From a virus (Duplodnaviria > Caudoviricetes): DNA of 64,000 nucleotides. Below, piece after piece: positions 24,493 through 34,197 of this stretch. A program made the translations under genes and the position numbers. Below the pieces are notes generated by a model. That model did no database searches and was not told the origin of the DNA. It saw nothing but the letters and a program-made list of their open reading frames with translations. Numbering within the stretch: position 1 is the stretch's first letter; every line of letters begins with the position of its first letter. The stretch is taken from the IMG/VR virus record IMGVR_UViG_3300010429_002123; one strand, written 5' to 3'.

Positions 24493-25116
24493 ATGACCTG
24501 TGGACTGGGTATTGACCTGGGGATAAAAACCTATGTCTCTTTGAGTAACGGGATGACTTTTAAAGGAATAGAGAAGTCCAAAACTTTTCAAGAAAAGGAA
24601 AGGAACTTACGAAAAGAGCAAGGAAAACTTGTTAAATTAAGAAAAGGAAAACGAAGACGGAGTTATGAGGCTTGCGGAGCTTATTTAGCCCAAAAGAAGA
24701 AGGTGCAAGCCCTTTTTGATTCTGTCAAAAAATTAAAAGAACTCTATATAGATAAAATCATAGAACAAATTCTTAGACTAAACCCCGTGTACATAGCTAT
24801 AGAACATCTTGACATTCGAGGTATGACTAAAGGTTCTATGGCGAAACCTCTACTCGCTCGGAAATTTAACTACTTCAGGAAAGCCCTGACGAAAAAGTGT
24901 AAAGAAAAAAACGTAGAGTTACGCTTAGTTGATACTTATTTTCCCTCGTCAAAGAAGTGCTCGAGATGCGGGAATGTAAAAAAGAGTCTGCTATTAGAAG
25001 AACGTATTTACTACTGTGAAAAATGTGGACTTGAACTGGACAGAGACCTGAACGCCTCCATAAACCTCAGGGATGCTACCGATTACAAATTAGCTTTCAA
25101 GCTAAAAGCCTCTTAA
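24493..25116 (+). CDS. tnpB: TnpB/Cas12f-like RuvC plus zinc finger, lacking the N-terminal half
   Basis: GIDLGIK (RuvC I), IEHL (RuvC II), SSKKCSRCG...CEKCG, DRDLNAS (RuvC III). 207 aa, with its own GAGG RBS. Confidence 0.85.
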   Translation: MTCGLGIDLGIKTYVSLSNGMTFKGIEKSKTFQEKERNLRKEQGKLVKLRKGKRRRSYEACGAYLAQKKKVQALFDSVKKLKELYIDKIIEQILRLNPVYIAIEHLDIRGMTKGSMAKPLLARKFNYFRKALTKKCKEKNVELRLVDTYFPSSKKCSRCGNVKKSLLLEERIYYCEKCGLELDRDLNASINLRDATDYKLAFKLKAS

Positions 25117-25507
25117 AATAAAAAGCTCATTAATATTAGCTTTTGTTAATCAGTAAGCCTTTTAAATAAAATACACCTGGGAGATAGCTCTCAGGTGTTT
25201 TCATAAACTGCCCTTTTAGACCGCTTTTATCATGACTGTTCCTTTTTGATTCAGGTTCGGAGTGTTTCTCCCAGACTACAGCCGGGTCTGATAAAAACCA
25301 TTATATTTTAAAAAGGAACTTTCGTCAACAAGTATAAACACCAAGCCCAGACAATAAGTGTAAAGAGTAATTATTTTGCTGTCCTCTCTCTTCCTTACCT
25401 ATGCGTGTTTTTCGTTATTACATAGAGTTTCATATTGTTACATATTGACATAAAACTTTCTTGACAGCACAACGTTTTCCTCTATGGCGTCGTAAAAAAT
25501 TAAGGTC

Positions 25508-25536
25508 TTGCTAAAGAAAAAGTAATATAGTATAAT
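25508..25536 (+). promoter_or_regulatory. Promoter for the head operon
   Basis: TTGCTA-17 nt-TATAAT upstream of the portal gene. Confidence 0.6.
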
Positions 25537-25587
25537 ACAAATTAGAACTCCTTATGGTTGAGCCACAAAGCGAAAGGACATATTTTA

Positions 25588-27312
25588 ATGCTACTCGAGG
25601 GGATAATAGACAGAATAACTAGAGCGTTTGATAACGCCACTATACCTTCTACCTATGATACTTCTCTCGAGGTGAGAAAAGAATACGCTTATGACCCGTC
25701 AGCTTTTGGACTTCACGGAGATAAGTCGGGGTTTTCTTCGTATGACTGGTACGCAAAAGAAGTTCGACTGGCTGTTTTTCGAAGGAAAGTCTATGAAGAG
25801 TATGATATGATGGACACCGAATCCCCGGAAGTGTGCTCAGCGATAGACATCTATGCTGATAACTCTACACAGGGAGACGTCACTACAGACGACATCGTAA
25901 ACATCGTGACCCAGGACAAGCGGGTAGCCGAACTTTTCTTAATACTAAAAAAAGAGCTCGGAATTGACGAAGACACCTGGTCTATAGCAAGAAACATAGC
26001 AAAGTATGGAGAGTCTTTTGAGGAAATTGTAATAGACGAAAACAATAACATTGTCCGACTCAAAAATCTGGACGGGAGATACGTTCGTAGAAATGAGGAC
26101 AAATATGGAAGACTCATGAACAAGGCGTTTACCCAGTTCAGAGAGGGCACTGAGGTAGAAGAGGCTGAATTTGAAAAGTGGCAACTTGTTCACTTTAGAA
26201 TGCGTAAAAATAGAAACAGTAAGTATGGTTCTGGCATTCTGTACCCTATTCGAAAAGTTTATAAACAACTAACTATGATGGAAGATGCTCTTGTTATAGG
26301 GAGGCTCACCAGAGCCCCACAGAGATACGCTTATCTTGTGGACACGACTGGAATGACCCCCGCACAGTCCAGAGAGCACATAAACGAAGTAAAGAGAGAC
26401 TTAAGAAAAAGAAAAACAATAGACCCTATAACCGGGAGAATGAACGTAACGTATAATCCTATGAGTCAAGAAGAAGACATTTTCGTATCTGTGAAAAACG
26501 GGTCAAGAGCTGATGTTAAGACTCTCCCGGGGTATATTAATACGTCGATGTCAGACATCGAATATTTTCAAAATAAACTTTTTTCCGGCATAAAAGTACC
26601 GAAGGCTTACGTAGGACTTGAAAGGGATTCGAGTTCCAAAGCAACGCTGACAGAGCAGGACGTTCAGTTTGCCCGCTCAGTAAGAAGAGTTCAATGTGCT
26701 CTTCAGGGCGGATTAAAGCAAGTTATAAACCTCGCCTTAATCCTTAAGGGGATTGCCCCGTCCACAGTGCATTATAGTCTCAAGTTCCCACTTTTAAGCA
26801 CGATAGACGAGCTAAGGAAGTGGCAAATATATCAGTTAAAAGTAAATATAGCGGCCACCTTGAAACAGGCGGTTAATATTCCGAACAGGTGGATATACAG
26901 AGAGCTTTTAGAAATGAAAGAAAAAGACATAGAACAGCTTGAAGCGGAAACAGAAGAAGAAATGAAAAAGAACGCCAAACTGCAGGGGGAACTGAACACA
27001 CAGGCCACCCAGCAACAGGGAGACCAACAGTTACAAATGCAACAGAAACAGTTCGATTTACAGATGAGGCAACAAATGCAGTTACAGCAAATGCAGGGGG
27101 TAATGGCTACACCCGAGACTAACGAACCTGTTCCTGTGCCGGAGGTTAGAGTGTTACCCCCGGTGGGAATGTTGCCACTATCGGAAAAAATGATAGGCAG
27201 AATTAAAAGACAAGAAAAAACTAACTTAAACAACCTGAAGATGTTTGTAGACTGGGGTTTACGAAAAGAAATAGATACTGAGCTATTTGAAGAAGACTTA
27301 GTTACTGTATGA
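25588..27312 (+). CDS. Portal protein, T4 gp20-like
   Basis: PEVCSAID, KQLTMMEDALVIGRLTRAPQR, EEDIF, DIEYFQNKLFSGIKVP. Gln-rich C-terminus. Confidence 0.9.
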   Translation: MLLEGIIDRITRAFDNATIPSTYDTSLEVRKEYAYDPSAFGLHGDKSGFSSYDWYAKEVRLAVFRRKVYEEYDMMDTESPEVCSAIDIYADNSTQGDVTTDDIVNIVTQDKRVAELFLILKKELGIDEDTWSIARNIAKYGESFEEIVIDENNNIVRLKNLDGRYVRRNEDKYGRLMNKAFTQFREGTEVEEAEFEKWQLVHFRMRKNRNSKYGSGILYPIRKVYKQLTMMEDALVIGRLTRAPQRYAYLVDTTGMTPAQSREHINEVKRDLRKRKTIDPITGRMNVTYNPMSQEEDIFVSVKNGSRADVKTLPGYINTSMSDIEYFQNKLFSGIKVPKAYVGLERDSSSKATLTEQDVQFARSVRRVQCALQGGLKQVINLALILKGIAPSTVHYSLKFPLLSTIDELRKWQIYQLKVNIAATLKQAVNIPNRWIYRELLEMKEKDIEQLEAETEEEMKKNAKLQGELNTQATQQQGDQQLQMQQKQFDLQMRQQMQLQQMQGVMATPETNEPVPVPEVRVLPPVGMLPLSEKMIGRIKRQEKTNLNNLKMFVDWGLRKEIDTELFEEDLVTV

Positions 27313-27356
27313 GTAACCCGAGATAAAGGCAGTCTTAAAGGAAGGAGACAGAAGAA

Positions 27357-29492
27357 ATGCGAGAGCAACAGGAATTAGTCGAGTTTTTCGGTCCCGACTG
27401 TATTCATTTAGTAGAGGAAAAAGAAGAAGAAAAGACCCTCTCTGAAGGGCTTGATACAAAAAAACCTCTTAGAATTCGCGGAGTGGCTGGAAAAGCCAAC
27501 ATAATAAACGAGAACCGTCGTCTGTACTCTGCAGACGTGTATGTAACCTGTATAGGAAAAGCACAGAACAAGCTACAGGCCGGAAAAATTCTGGGAGAAG
27601 TTGACCATCCCTCAGCAGGAAGTGCAGGCTCTCTTCAGAGATGTGCCGTGAAATTCGACAAGCTTTACATGGACGGAGACCTCTTTAAATACGAGTGTAT
27701 TGTGCTCCCCACACAAAACGGCGAGCTACTGGAAAAACTCCTGAGGTCGGGCGTTGGCTTGAGTAACTCGACAAGAGGAATAGGGGATGTTGAACTTAAA
27801 CGCACAGAAGATGGGAAAGAAATAGAAATAGTTAAAAATTACGAAATACACGGAATTGACTTTGTGATTGAGGGGTCTAATCCTTACGGACGCCCCGTAG
27901 CATTTGAGAACAAAAAGACCCCGGAAACAACTCAAGAGGTATCCCCCGATGCGGAAGTAACCCGGGCGAAAGAACAACCCTGTCTTGACACTCTCCGAGA
28001 GAATTTAAAGCAGGAACTTTTTGCGGAATTGAAAACTGCTCTGGAAGAACAGAACGCTTCTGTTTCCAAACCCGCACTCTGTGAAAATCCCGGAGAAAAA
28101 GTTGCTTCTACAGAAGATTCAGGAGTAACCGAAGCAACTTCCGAGGAGAAAGACACAAGCCAGGCAGAGATACCTGCAGAAGCAATTGACGAAGAGAGAG
28201 AAGAAGAACAGGAAATTATGGAAAGTGAAATGTTTAGCATAGAAAAAGACATAGAAGAAGTGGAGGTGAACAACACAAATAGTAATTCGGACTTCACAAC
28301 AGAAATTATAGAACAAACTAATATAAAGGAAACAAAAGGAGGAATGGTGATAATGACCCTGGAACAATTAAAAAAGGAACACCCCGACGTAATAACTATG
28401 CTTGCAGAAGAAATCGAGACAAAAGTAAAGGCAGAACTTGAAGAAGAAGCAGAAAGAATTCTCGCCCAGCAGGAAAGAGAAGAGAAAAAGATGCTTGCTA
28501 TGAGGGAAAGTCTTTACACTGACTTAATGAGCCAGTTAGAAGCAAGACTGGACACAAAGTTAGAAGCAAAACTCGAATTAGCTAAAGCAAAAAAGAGCGA
28601 TACCCCTGCAACTATAGACACCGCTTACGACAAAATGGGTGTTGTGGAGAAAAAGTGCTCTGAAGAAGAGGAAGCTCCAGAAGAAGAATCCGATGACGAA
28701 GGTTTTGAAAAATTCAAAGCCCTCTTAAAGAGGAAGAAAAAGGCTGAATCCAGACTTGCTGACCTTCTCGGTATGCTTCAGGAAGAAAAAGATGAAGAAG
28801 CTGAATGCGAAGTTTGCGGTAATCTGGAAAGTGAATGCGAATGTGGAAAAGAATGCAAAGTTAAAAAAGAATCTGTTTCTGCCACAAAGAAGTTCATAGC
28901 CAAAGAAAAACAGGCTGTTAAAGTTGTGACAAAAAACACACCAGATTCTGAGAAATTAAGAGTTGGTAAGACTCCCATAACCCCAGAAGAATTAGATAAT
29001 CAGCCTGACGAAGAAGAAACCGAAGTAGGTATGACTTACGGAGAGGCAGACCCTCCAGAACCTACAAAGGCATCTAAAAATCTCTACACCCCAGCAAAGA
29101 ACGAAAGCGTAGACATCGACGCACTCAAAGCACAGCTTAATGAAGCCACAGCTAAACTTCAGATACTGGAAGAAGAGAAAAAAGTTAAAGAGGGTATGGC
29201 AAAAAGAGCTAAAGCTATCGAAGAAGAACTGAAAGACTACAAACATAGAGACATTCTTCGCCCCCAGTTAGAAGAATGCAAAACCGCAGACGAAGTAAAA
29301 GCCTGCAGTAACAAGTATAAAGCTCTTATCGAAGGTATAAAAGGCCAGTCAGAACAGACTGCACCTACAGGACAGGGAGCTGTTGTGAGTAATGAAAAAA
29401 TAGGTACTACAACTGCAATGCTCAACGAAGACAATTATAGAGCACTTGAACTCAAAAGACAGCGTGCTCTGGCCGGTTTAAGCGGAAAATAA
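27357..29492 (+). CDS. Prohead protease (T4 gp21/S77-like) fused to acidic scaffold
   Basis: INENRRLYS, GEVDHP, STRG and IDFV motifs, then a long Glu/Lys-rich coiled region. Lies between portal and capsid. Confidence 0.85.
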   Translation: MREQQELVEFFGPDCIHLVEEKEEEKTLSEGLDTKKPLRIRGVAGKANIINENRRLYSADVYVTCIGKAQNKLQAGKILGEVDHPSAGSAGSLQRCAVKFDKLYMDGDLFKYECIVLPTQNGELLEKLLRSGVGLSNSTRGIGDVELKRTEDGKEIEIVKNYEIHGIDFVIEGSNPYGRPVAFENKKTPETTQEVSPDAEVTRAKEQPCLDTLRENLKQELFAELKTALEEQNASVSKPALCENPGEKVASTEDSGVTEATSEEKDTSQAEIPAEAIDEEREEEQEIMESEMFSIEKDIEEVEVNNTNSNSDFTTEIIEQTNIKETKGGMVIMTLEQLKKEHPDVITMLAEEIETKVKAELEEEAERILAQQEREEKKMLAMRESLYTDLMSQLEARLDTKLEAKLELAKAKKSDTPATIDTAYDKMGVVEKKCSEEEEAPEEESDDEGFEKFKALLKRKKKAESRLADLLGMLQEEKDEEAECEVCGNLESECECGKECKVKKESVSATKKFIAKEKQAVKVVTKNTPDSEKLRVGKTPITPEELDNQPDEEETEVGMTYGEADPPEPTKASKNLYTPAKNESVDIDALKAQLNEATAKLQILEEEKKVKEGMAKRAKAIEEELKDYKHRDILRPQLEECKTADEVKACSNKYKALIEGIKGQSEQTAPTGQGAVVSNEKIGTTTAMLNEDNYRALELKRQRALAGLSGK
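28353..29492 (+). CDS. Nested in-frame scaffold protein
   Basis: Internal AAAGGAGG near 28337 after an AT-rich stretch. In-frame ATG reads MTLEQLKKEHPD. Confidence 0.6.
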   Translation: MTLEQLKKEHPDVITMLAEEIETKVKAELEEEAERILAQQEREEKKMLAMRESLYTDLMSQLEARLDTKLEAKLELAKAKKSDTPATIDTAYDKMGVVEKKCSEEEEAPEEESDDEGFEKFKALLKRKKKAESRLADLLGMLQEEKDEEAECEVCGNLESECECGKECKVKKESVSATKKFIAKEKQAVKVVTKNTPDSEKLRVGKTPITPEELDNQPDEEETEVGMTYGEADPPEPTKASKNLYTPAKNESVDIDALKAQLNEATAKLQILEEEKKVKEGMAKRAKAIEEELKDYKHRDILRPQLEECKTADEVKACSNKYKALIEGIKGQSEQTAPTGQGAVVSNEKIGTTTAMLNEDNYRALELKRQRALAGLSGK

Positions 29493-29529
29493 CTAATTTA
29501 TAATAAATTTTAAGGAGGAATGACATACA

Positions 29530-30873
29530 ATGAGACCCGAAATTAAATCACGTGCAGTCCATTTAGACGAAAACAGAGTACGCCAGGAAAAATGGGCACA
29601 CCTCACAGAAGGATTAAAAACTGAGTATGACAGAATTGTGTTAGAGAACCTTCTCGATAACACACAGAACTATATGCAATCCCTGGAAGAAGCTACCACA
29701 ACTGGAAGTTTCCCAACCTTTACAACCTACGCTTTCCCACTTATAAGAAGGGTGTTCCCGGCTCTTATAAGTAACGAGCTGGTAGCTACTCAGCCTATGC
29801 CAATGCCTACAGGTCTGGTATTTTACCTTGACTTTAAGTATAGCAATTCCCTTGCCCCAACAGTTGCCCAGGATAGAATGGACATTCAGAGATACGGAAT
29901 GACCTCCTATTCTGACAGAGGTAAGTTTAATCCTTACTACGGCACAGGAGCAAGAGGGGAAGTTCCCTCAGGAGCTGTTGACAGCTCAAACAAGAACTTC
30001 TCTTGTTTAAATCATCCAATCAGAAACCTGGTTGTCTATGTAGATGCCGTGATAGCCCCTATGGACTCTTATGACCTCAGTGCAGGTACTTTTGTCCTTC
30101 ACACAGCACCAACCACAGGTTCCACTGTCACAGTAGATTATGACCTTTCTTTCGAGGGTTTGGATAACAGTCCCGAAATCGAACTCGGAATAACTCAGGA
30201 CAGTGTCGCAGCAGAAGAAAAGAGACTTAAAGCAAGATGGACACTGGAAGCACAGCAAGACCTGATGGCCTATCATGGTCTTGATGCCGAGAACGAACTC
30301 ATCACCTTACTCGCTGATGAAATCAGAAGAGAAGTTGACCGTATGATAGTAAATGACCTTTACGCAAATGTAGGTCATAATGTAAACTGGAGCAAGACCT
30401 ACAACCCAGCAGCAGGACAGCCTGGCGAAGGTTACACCAGAAAAGAGTATTATGAAACCCTCTTCCACGCTATCGTAGATGCAGGCACTCAGATATTCAA
30501 GAAAAGATACGTACAGCCAAACTGGATTATAGCTGGACCAGAAGACTGTGCAAGACTTGAAAAAGTTAACGGTTTCAGATTTATGGGTGACGTAGCCGGT
30601 GGAGACATCGTAAAAGGCGTGCACTTATATGGAACCATTCAGAATAAATACAAACTCTTCAGTGACCCTCTTTGCCCAGCAAATAAAATATACGTGGGTT
30701 ACAAAGGCAACTCCTTCTTTGATGCTGGTTATGTGTATTGTCCTTACATCCCATTATACACCACACCAACTATCATAGACGTAGACTTCAAGCCAAGAAG
30801 AGCTATAATGACCAGATTCGGAAGAAAGTTAATAAGTAACGACTTCTATTCTTCTGTTACATTGACTTCCTAA
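29530..30873 (+). CDS. Major capsid protein, T4 gp23-like
   Basis: KWAHL, LIRRVFP, QPMPMPTGLVFYL, RLKARWTLEAQQDL, DAGYVYCPYIPL. Confidence 0.93.
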   Translation: MRPEIKSRAVHLDENRVRQEKWAHLTEGLKTEYDRIVLENLLDNTQNYMQSLEEATTTGSFPTFTTYAFPLIRRVFPALISNELVATQPMPMPTGLVFYLDFKYSNSLAPTVAQDRMDIQRYGMTSYSDRGKFNPYYGTGARGEVPSGAVDSSNKNFSCLNHPIRNLVVYVDAVIAPMDSYDLSAGTFVLHTAPTTGSTVTVDYDLSFEGLDNSPEIELGITQDSVAAEEKRLKARWTLEAQQDLMAYHGLDAENELITLLADEIRREVDRMIVNDLYANVGHNVNWSKTYNPAAGQPGEGYTRKEYYETLFHAIVDAGTQIFKKRYVQPNWIIAGPEDCARLEKVNGFRFMGDVAGGDIVKGVHLYGTIQNKYKLFSDPLCPANKIYVGYKGNSFFDAGYVYCPYIPLYTTPTIIDVDFKPRRAIMTRFGRKLISNDFYSSVTLTS

Positions 30874-30882
30874 CCGGACAAT

Positions 30883-30911
30883 AAAGGGGGAGAATCAACC
30901 CTCCCCCTTTT
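30883..30911 (+). terminator. Rho-independent terminator after the capsid gene
   Basis: AAAGGGGGAG/CTCCCCCTTT hairpin. Confidence 0.75.
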
Positions 30912-30982
30912 GGGTCAGTCTTCATCAGTATGCTTTAATGACTTACAAAAATTCTAACAGATAACTAAAGGAGGATAAGACA

Positions 30983-31213
30983 ATGGCTGAGAAATTGTAT
31001 AAAAATATAACAAACATAACACAGGGTGTTTACGGCAAACATGGCGACCAGATTATAGTAATACCTCAGGGTACTATAAAAATGGAAGAGGGTGTTATGA
31101 GGGGTAACACCCACGCATTTAGAGAAGTAACTTTTTCTCCAGAGGGTGTTCCTATGCAAGATTCTCTCATAAACACAGATGACCCGTATATAAAGAAAAG
31201 ACCAAGAAGGTAA
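30983..31213 (+). CDS. Small head-associated hypothetical protein
   Basis: GGAGG RBS, position after capsid gene. Confidence 0.55.
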   Translation: MAEKLYKNITNITQGVYGKHGDQIIVIPQGTIKMEEGVMRGNTHAFREVTFSPEGVPMQDSLINTDDPYIKKRPRR

Positions 31214-31267
31214 CAAAGGTGGCGGGTTAAGCAGTAACGCGAAGGTCTGAAAAAGTCAGCTTAATGA

Positions 31268-32029
31268 ATGGGGAGTGGAACAAGGGTGATTGAAACAAAG
31301 GCTGTTCTGGCCGTGGACATAAGAAAACACGCCGGGGGATTTACCGAAGAAGAAATCTCCACAAAAAGAATCGAAGACTTGATAGACAGAGGAGTCTTTG
31401 AGTTTTTTCGTGTACGACCACGTATTATTTACAGAGCCGTTCCCCTTGTGAAAGGCCAAGATGCCTACCCCGTGCCTTCAGATGTGTGGCACATCGAAGA
31501 CGTTATTTTTAACCAGGACGCCAGCCAGGTTCCTTCGGTCTTAGGTTATGGTCAAGGGAGTTGGGGCTTCATGTCAGGAGTCCCCACTCTCTTTCCCATG
31601 AGCACGGGTACGGGAGGAGAATTCCGTACAAGTTCGGGATTTGACAGCACTTCTCTCATCACCCTCTGGTACCAAAAATTGGAGGCCATGTACGAAAAGT
31701 TTGGTTACGACTGGTATTATAGAGAAGGCGTCATATACATTCAACCCACCCCCGTCGATAGTGGGTATCTTCTCTACAAGGCTCATTTACAAGGTGACCT
31801 GGCTTTTATTCCTCAATTCTGGAAAGAAGTTTTCGTTCATTTTGTTGTGGGTTTTGTCTGTGAAGAAGTAGGTGCTTCACGAATGGCGAACCGAGTTACC
31901 AGCATACCAAACCCCGGAGGCAGTATATCTTTTGACAACGGACAAGCCCTCATGAACCGCGGTGAGAAATTACAAAAGGAATTTTACGAACAGACTGGGG
32001 CGAATGCCTCTAGTTTCTTAATAGGTTAA
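31268..32029 (+). CDS. Putative head-tail adaptor (neck) protein
   Basis: Position. IYIQPTP and PGGSISFDNGQALMNRG resemble T4 gp13-type neck proteins. Confidence 0.6.
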   Translation: MGSGTRVIETKAVLAVDIRKHAGGFTEEEISTKRIEDLIDRGVFEFFRVRPRIIYRAVPLVKGQDAYPVPSDVWHIEDVIFNQDASQVPSVLGYGQGSWGFMSGVPTLFPMSTGTGGEFRTSSGFDSTSLITLWYQKLEAMYEKFGYDWYYREGVIYIQPTPVDSGYLLYKAHLQGDLAFIPQFWKEVFVHFVVGFVCEEVGASRMANRVTSIPNPGGSISFDNGQALMNRGEKLQKEFYEQTGANASSFLIG

Positions 32030-32032
32030 AAA

Positions 32033-32428
32033 ATGTTCACAAGACTTTTATATCAATGGGAATTTAATCAAGTAAAAGAGAGAGTGTATGCCTGCTCTAA
32101 GATGCTCATGAAGCCTATCATCTTTATCGACGGAGCAGTTGAGGTGCCGATGAAGGCCGTTGTAGAGGACGCTCTCTCCACAAATATGGAAATGCAACTT
32201 GATTATCTAAAATTAAGTTTTCCCAAGTCCTACTTGGAGGAAATAGGGGTGAGAGCCTTTACGGCATTTGACCAGTTTAAATACCGTAATCTGGAAAACC
32301 TCCCATATAGACTGTTTAAAACAAGAGAAATGTATCCTAATGGTCAGACAATGGTTATAGGAGAGAACGGGCAAGAAATCACCGATTATTTGTTCTTAGC
32401 CTTGTATGTTCAGCAGACAGTTACCTAA
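32033..32428 (+). CDS. Putative head closure protein
   Basis: Position and size. Confidence 0.4.
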   Translation: MFTRLLYQWEFNQVKERVYACSKMLMKPIIFIDGAVEVPMKAVVEDALSTNMEMQLDYLKLSFPKSYLEEIGVRAFTAFDQFKYRNLENLPYRLFKTREMYPNGQTMVIGENGQEITDYLFLALYVQQTVT

Positions 32429-32435
32429 TAAGTGA

Positions 32436-32909
32436 GTGAAAGAGGTTAAAAGTATGCCGGGAGTAAAAACACAAATTGAGGGTCTGGAAGAGACAAAAGA
32501 GCTTCTTGAAAGTCTTGTCGAACTGGATATGAAAAAACCTTTTGAAAGAGTAAAAAATCAAATGATACTTCAGGCGAATAAGAGTTTTGAGACGGAGACT
32601 TCCCCCACAGGAAAACCGTGGGAACGTCCAAAGGCGAAAACAGTAAGAGAAAAAACTCGACTGGGTTTTCCCGACGCCCTTCTTCAAAGAACAGGAAGGC
32701 TGAAAAACTCAACCTCAGACACCTCAGCGTGGTCTGTGACTGAAGATACTTTGACTTTCGAACCGAAAGTTCTTTACGGGAAGTTTCATCAGGAGGGGAC
32801 AAAGAACCTTCCAGCAAGGGAGTTCTTAGACGACTTGACTTGTAAACAGGATTTTGAAAATGAGATAAATAATTATGTAAACAGTGTCATAGAGAGGCGT
32901 AATTACTAG
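32436..32909 (+). CDS. Virion morphogenesis (tail completion, Mu gpG-like) protein
   Basis: SPTGKPW, LQRTGRLKNS, YGKFHQEGT, LPAREFL. Confidence 0.8.
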   Translation: MKEVKSMPGVKTQIEGLEETKELLESLVELDMKKPFERVKNQMILQANKSFETETSPTGKPWERPKAKTVREKTRLGFPDALLQRTGRLKNSTSDTSAWSVTEDTLTFEPKVLYGKFHQEGTKNLPAREFLDDLTCKQDFENEINNYVNSVIERRNY

Positions 32910-33388
32910 TGTTAAATGAAACAATAAGTGCCTTAAAAACTAAATTACTTACCGTTCCTGTGGCGAAAGTCCTGGAGTCCGAGCATCGAATAGCTATGGT
33001 GAGCAAAAATGACTACTTACAGGTTAAGTTTTCTCCCACAGACTTTCCTTTAATATTGTTAGACTTTATAAAAGGGGATATGAAGATTGCCGGGCTACAA
33101 CCTGGCGTAAACAATCTAACCGTCTATTACGGATATTCCTTTCCGGGAAATATAATAGTTGTCGGGAGAGGTTCGAGTATTAAAGATGTCAGAGAATCAG
33201 TAAATAACCTGGTGTTTGGAAATGCCGGGGTTTACAAAACTCTTTTACCGCCCCCCTCTATCTCTGTTGGGGGTGTTTCCGTAAAAATGAAACTTGGTCA
33301 GGCTTACACGCAGGCACTAAACATGGACTTAACAGAAGTTGCTTACATAGCTGTTATTATTCCGTGCGAGATAGAATTTAACTTATAA
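32909..33388 (+). CDS. Putative tail terminator
   Basis: Position before tube genes, FPLI motif. Confidence 0.45.
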   Translation: MLNETISALKTKLLTVPVAKVLESEHRIAMVSKNDYLQVKFSPTDFPLILLDFIKGDMKIAGLQPGVNNLTVYYGYSFPGNIIVVGRGSSIKDVRESVNNLVFGNAGVYKTLLPPPSISVGGVSVKMKLGQAYTQALNMDLTEVAYIAVIIPCEIEFNL

Positions 33389-33413
33389 TAAACAAAAAGA
33401 AAGGAGAACTATC

Positions 33414-34178
33414 ATGGCAACGACTTACGATTTTTTGGAAGTGACTCTCGGTGAATCCTACCTTAAGTTTGACGGAGAAACTCCGGGATACGCTGATGGA
33501 GTAGGAATAGAAGCTAAGATTGAGTATAAGACTTATGACTTTGGTGTACCCCTCAGAAGAATAGGGAAAGCAAAAATTAAATTGACCTTTAACGCAGACG
33601 CCTCTTTAAAAGAAATAAGACCTCTTAATCTTTTAATGTGTCTGGGCTTAAGTGAGGCAACTTTTCAGGACATTCTTGGGGCTACTCACACAGTTTCGAA
33701 TGAAGCAAAAACTTTTTCAGCAGAAAACGGGGGGACTTTAGAAACCGTCACTCTGGCTCACCCCGCACTGACGTCTACCCCTATAGTGGTCACAAACTCT
33801 GGAGGTACTGTGACTTACACAATAGGAGAAGATTACATAGTAGATACTCGAAAAGGAAGAATTTATCGGAATCCTGATGGAATAATCACCGCTGGTCAGG
33901 CTGTTCTGGTGGACTATGAATATAAAGAACTGAGTTACCAGCAGGTTAACTTTGCCCCGGACCTCTTGACTACAAGAGAAATAGACGTGAATATCTATCA
34001 CAGAAAACCAACCACCGGGGAACTTATAGTCATAGACTGCTTTAAAATGAGAGCGGGCGAAACTTCGATGGCGTGGAACCCTCAGGACTGGGTATCACTC
34101 CCTATAAAACTTATGGGATTTTATATGCCCGAACGTCCTAACTATTCTTACGGTCGAATAATGTGGTACTTAAACTAA
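33414..34178 (+). CDS. Putative tail tube protein 1 with inserted beta domain
   Basis: Position, beta-rich sequence, insert EDYIVDTRKGRI. Confidence 0.55.
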   Translation: MATTYDFLEVTLGESYLKFDGETPGYADGVGIEAKIEYKTYDFGVPLRRIGKAKIKLTFNADASLKEIRPLNLLMCLGLSEATFQDILGATHTVSNEAKTFSAENGGTLETVTLAHPALTSTPIVVTNSGGTVTYTIGEDYIVDTRKGRIYRNPDGIITAGQAVLVDYEYKELSYQQVNFAPDLLTTREIDVNIYHRKPTTGELIVIDCFKMRAGETSMAWNPQDWVSLPIKLMGFYMPERPNYSYGRIMWYLN

Positions 34179-34197
34179 TAGGAGGTGAGAGTAAATT

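Noticed and set aside
25117-25500. TnpB omegaRNA or IS200/IS605 right end
   Set aside because: Hairpins exist (for example ACACCTGGGAG/CTCTCAGGTGT), but I see no recognisable omegaRNA, element end or tnpA. They fit terminators equally well.
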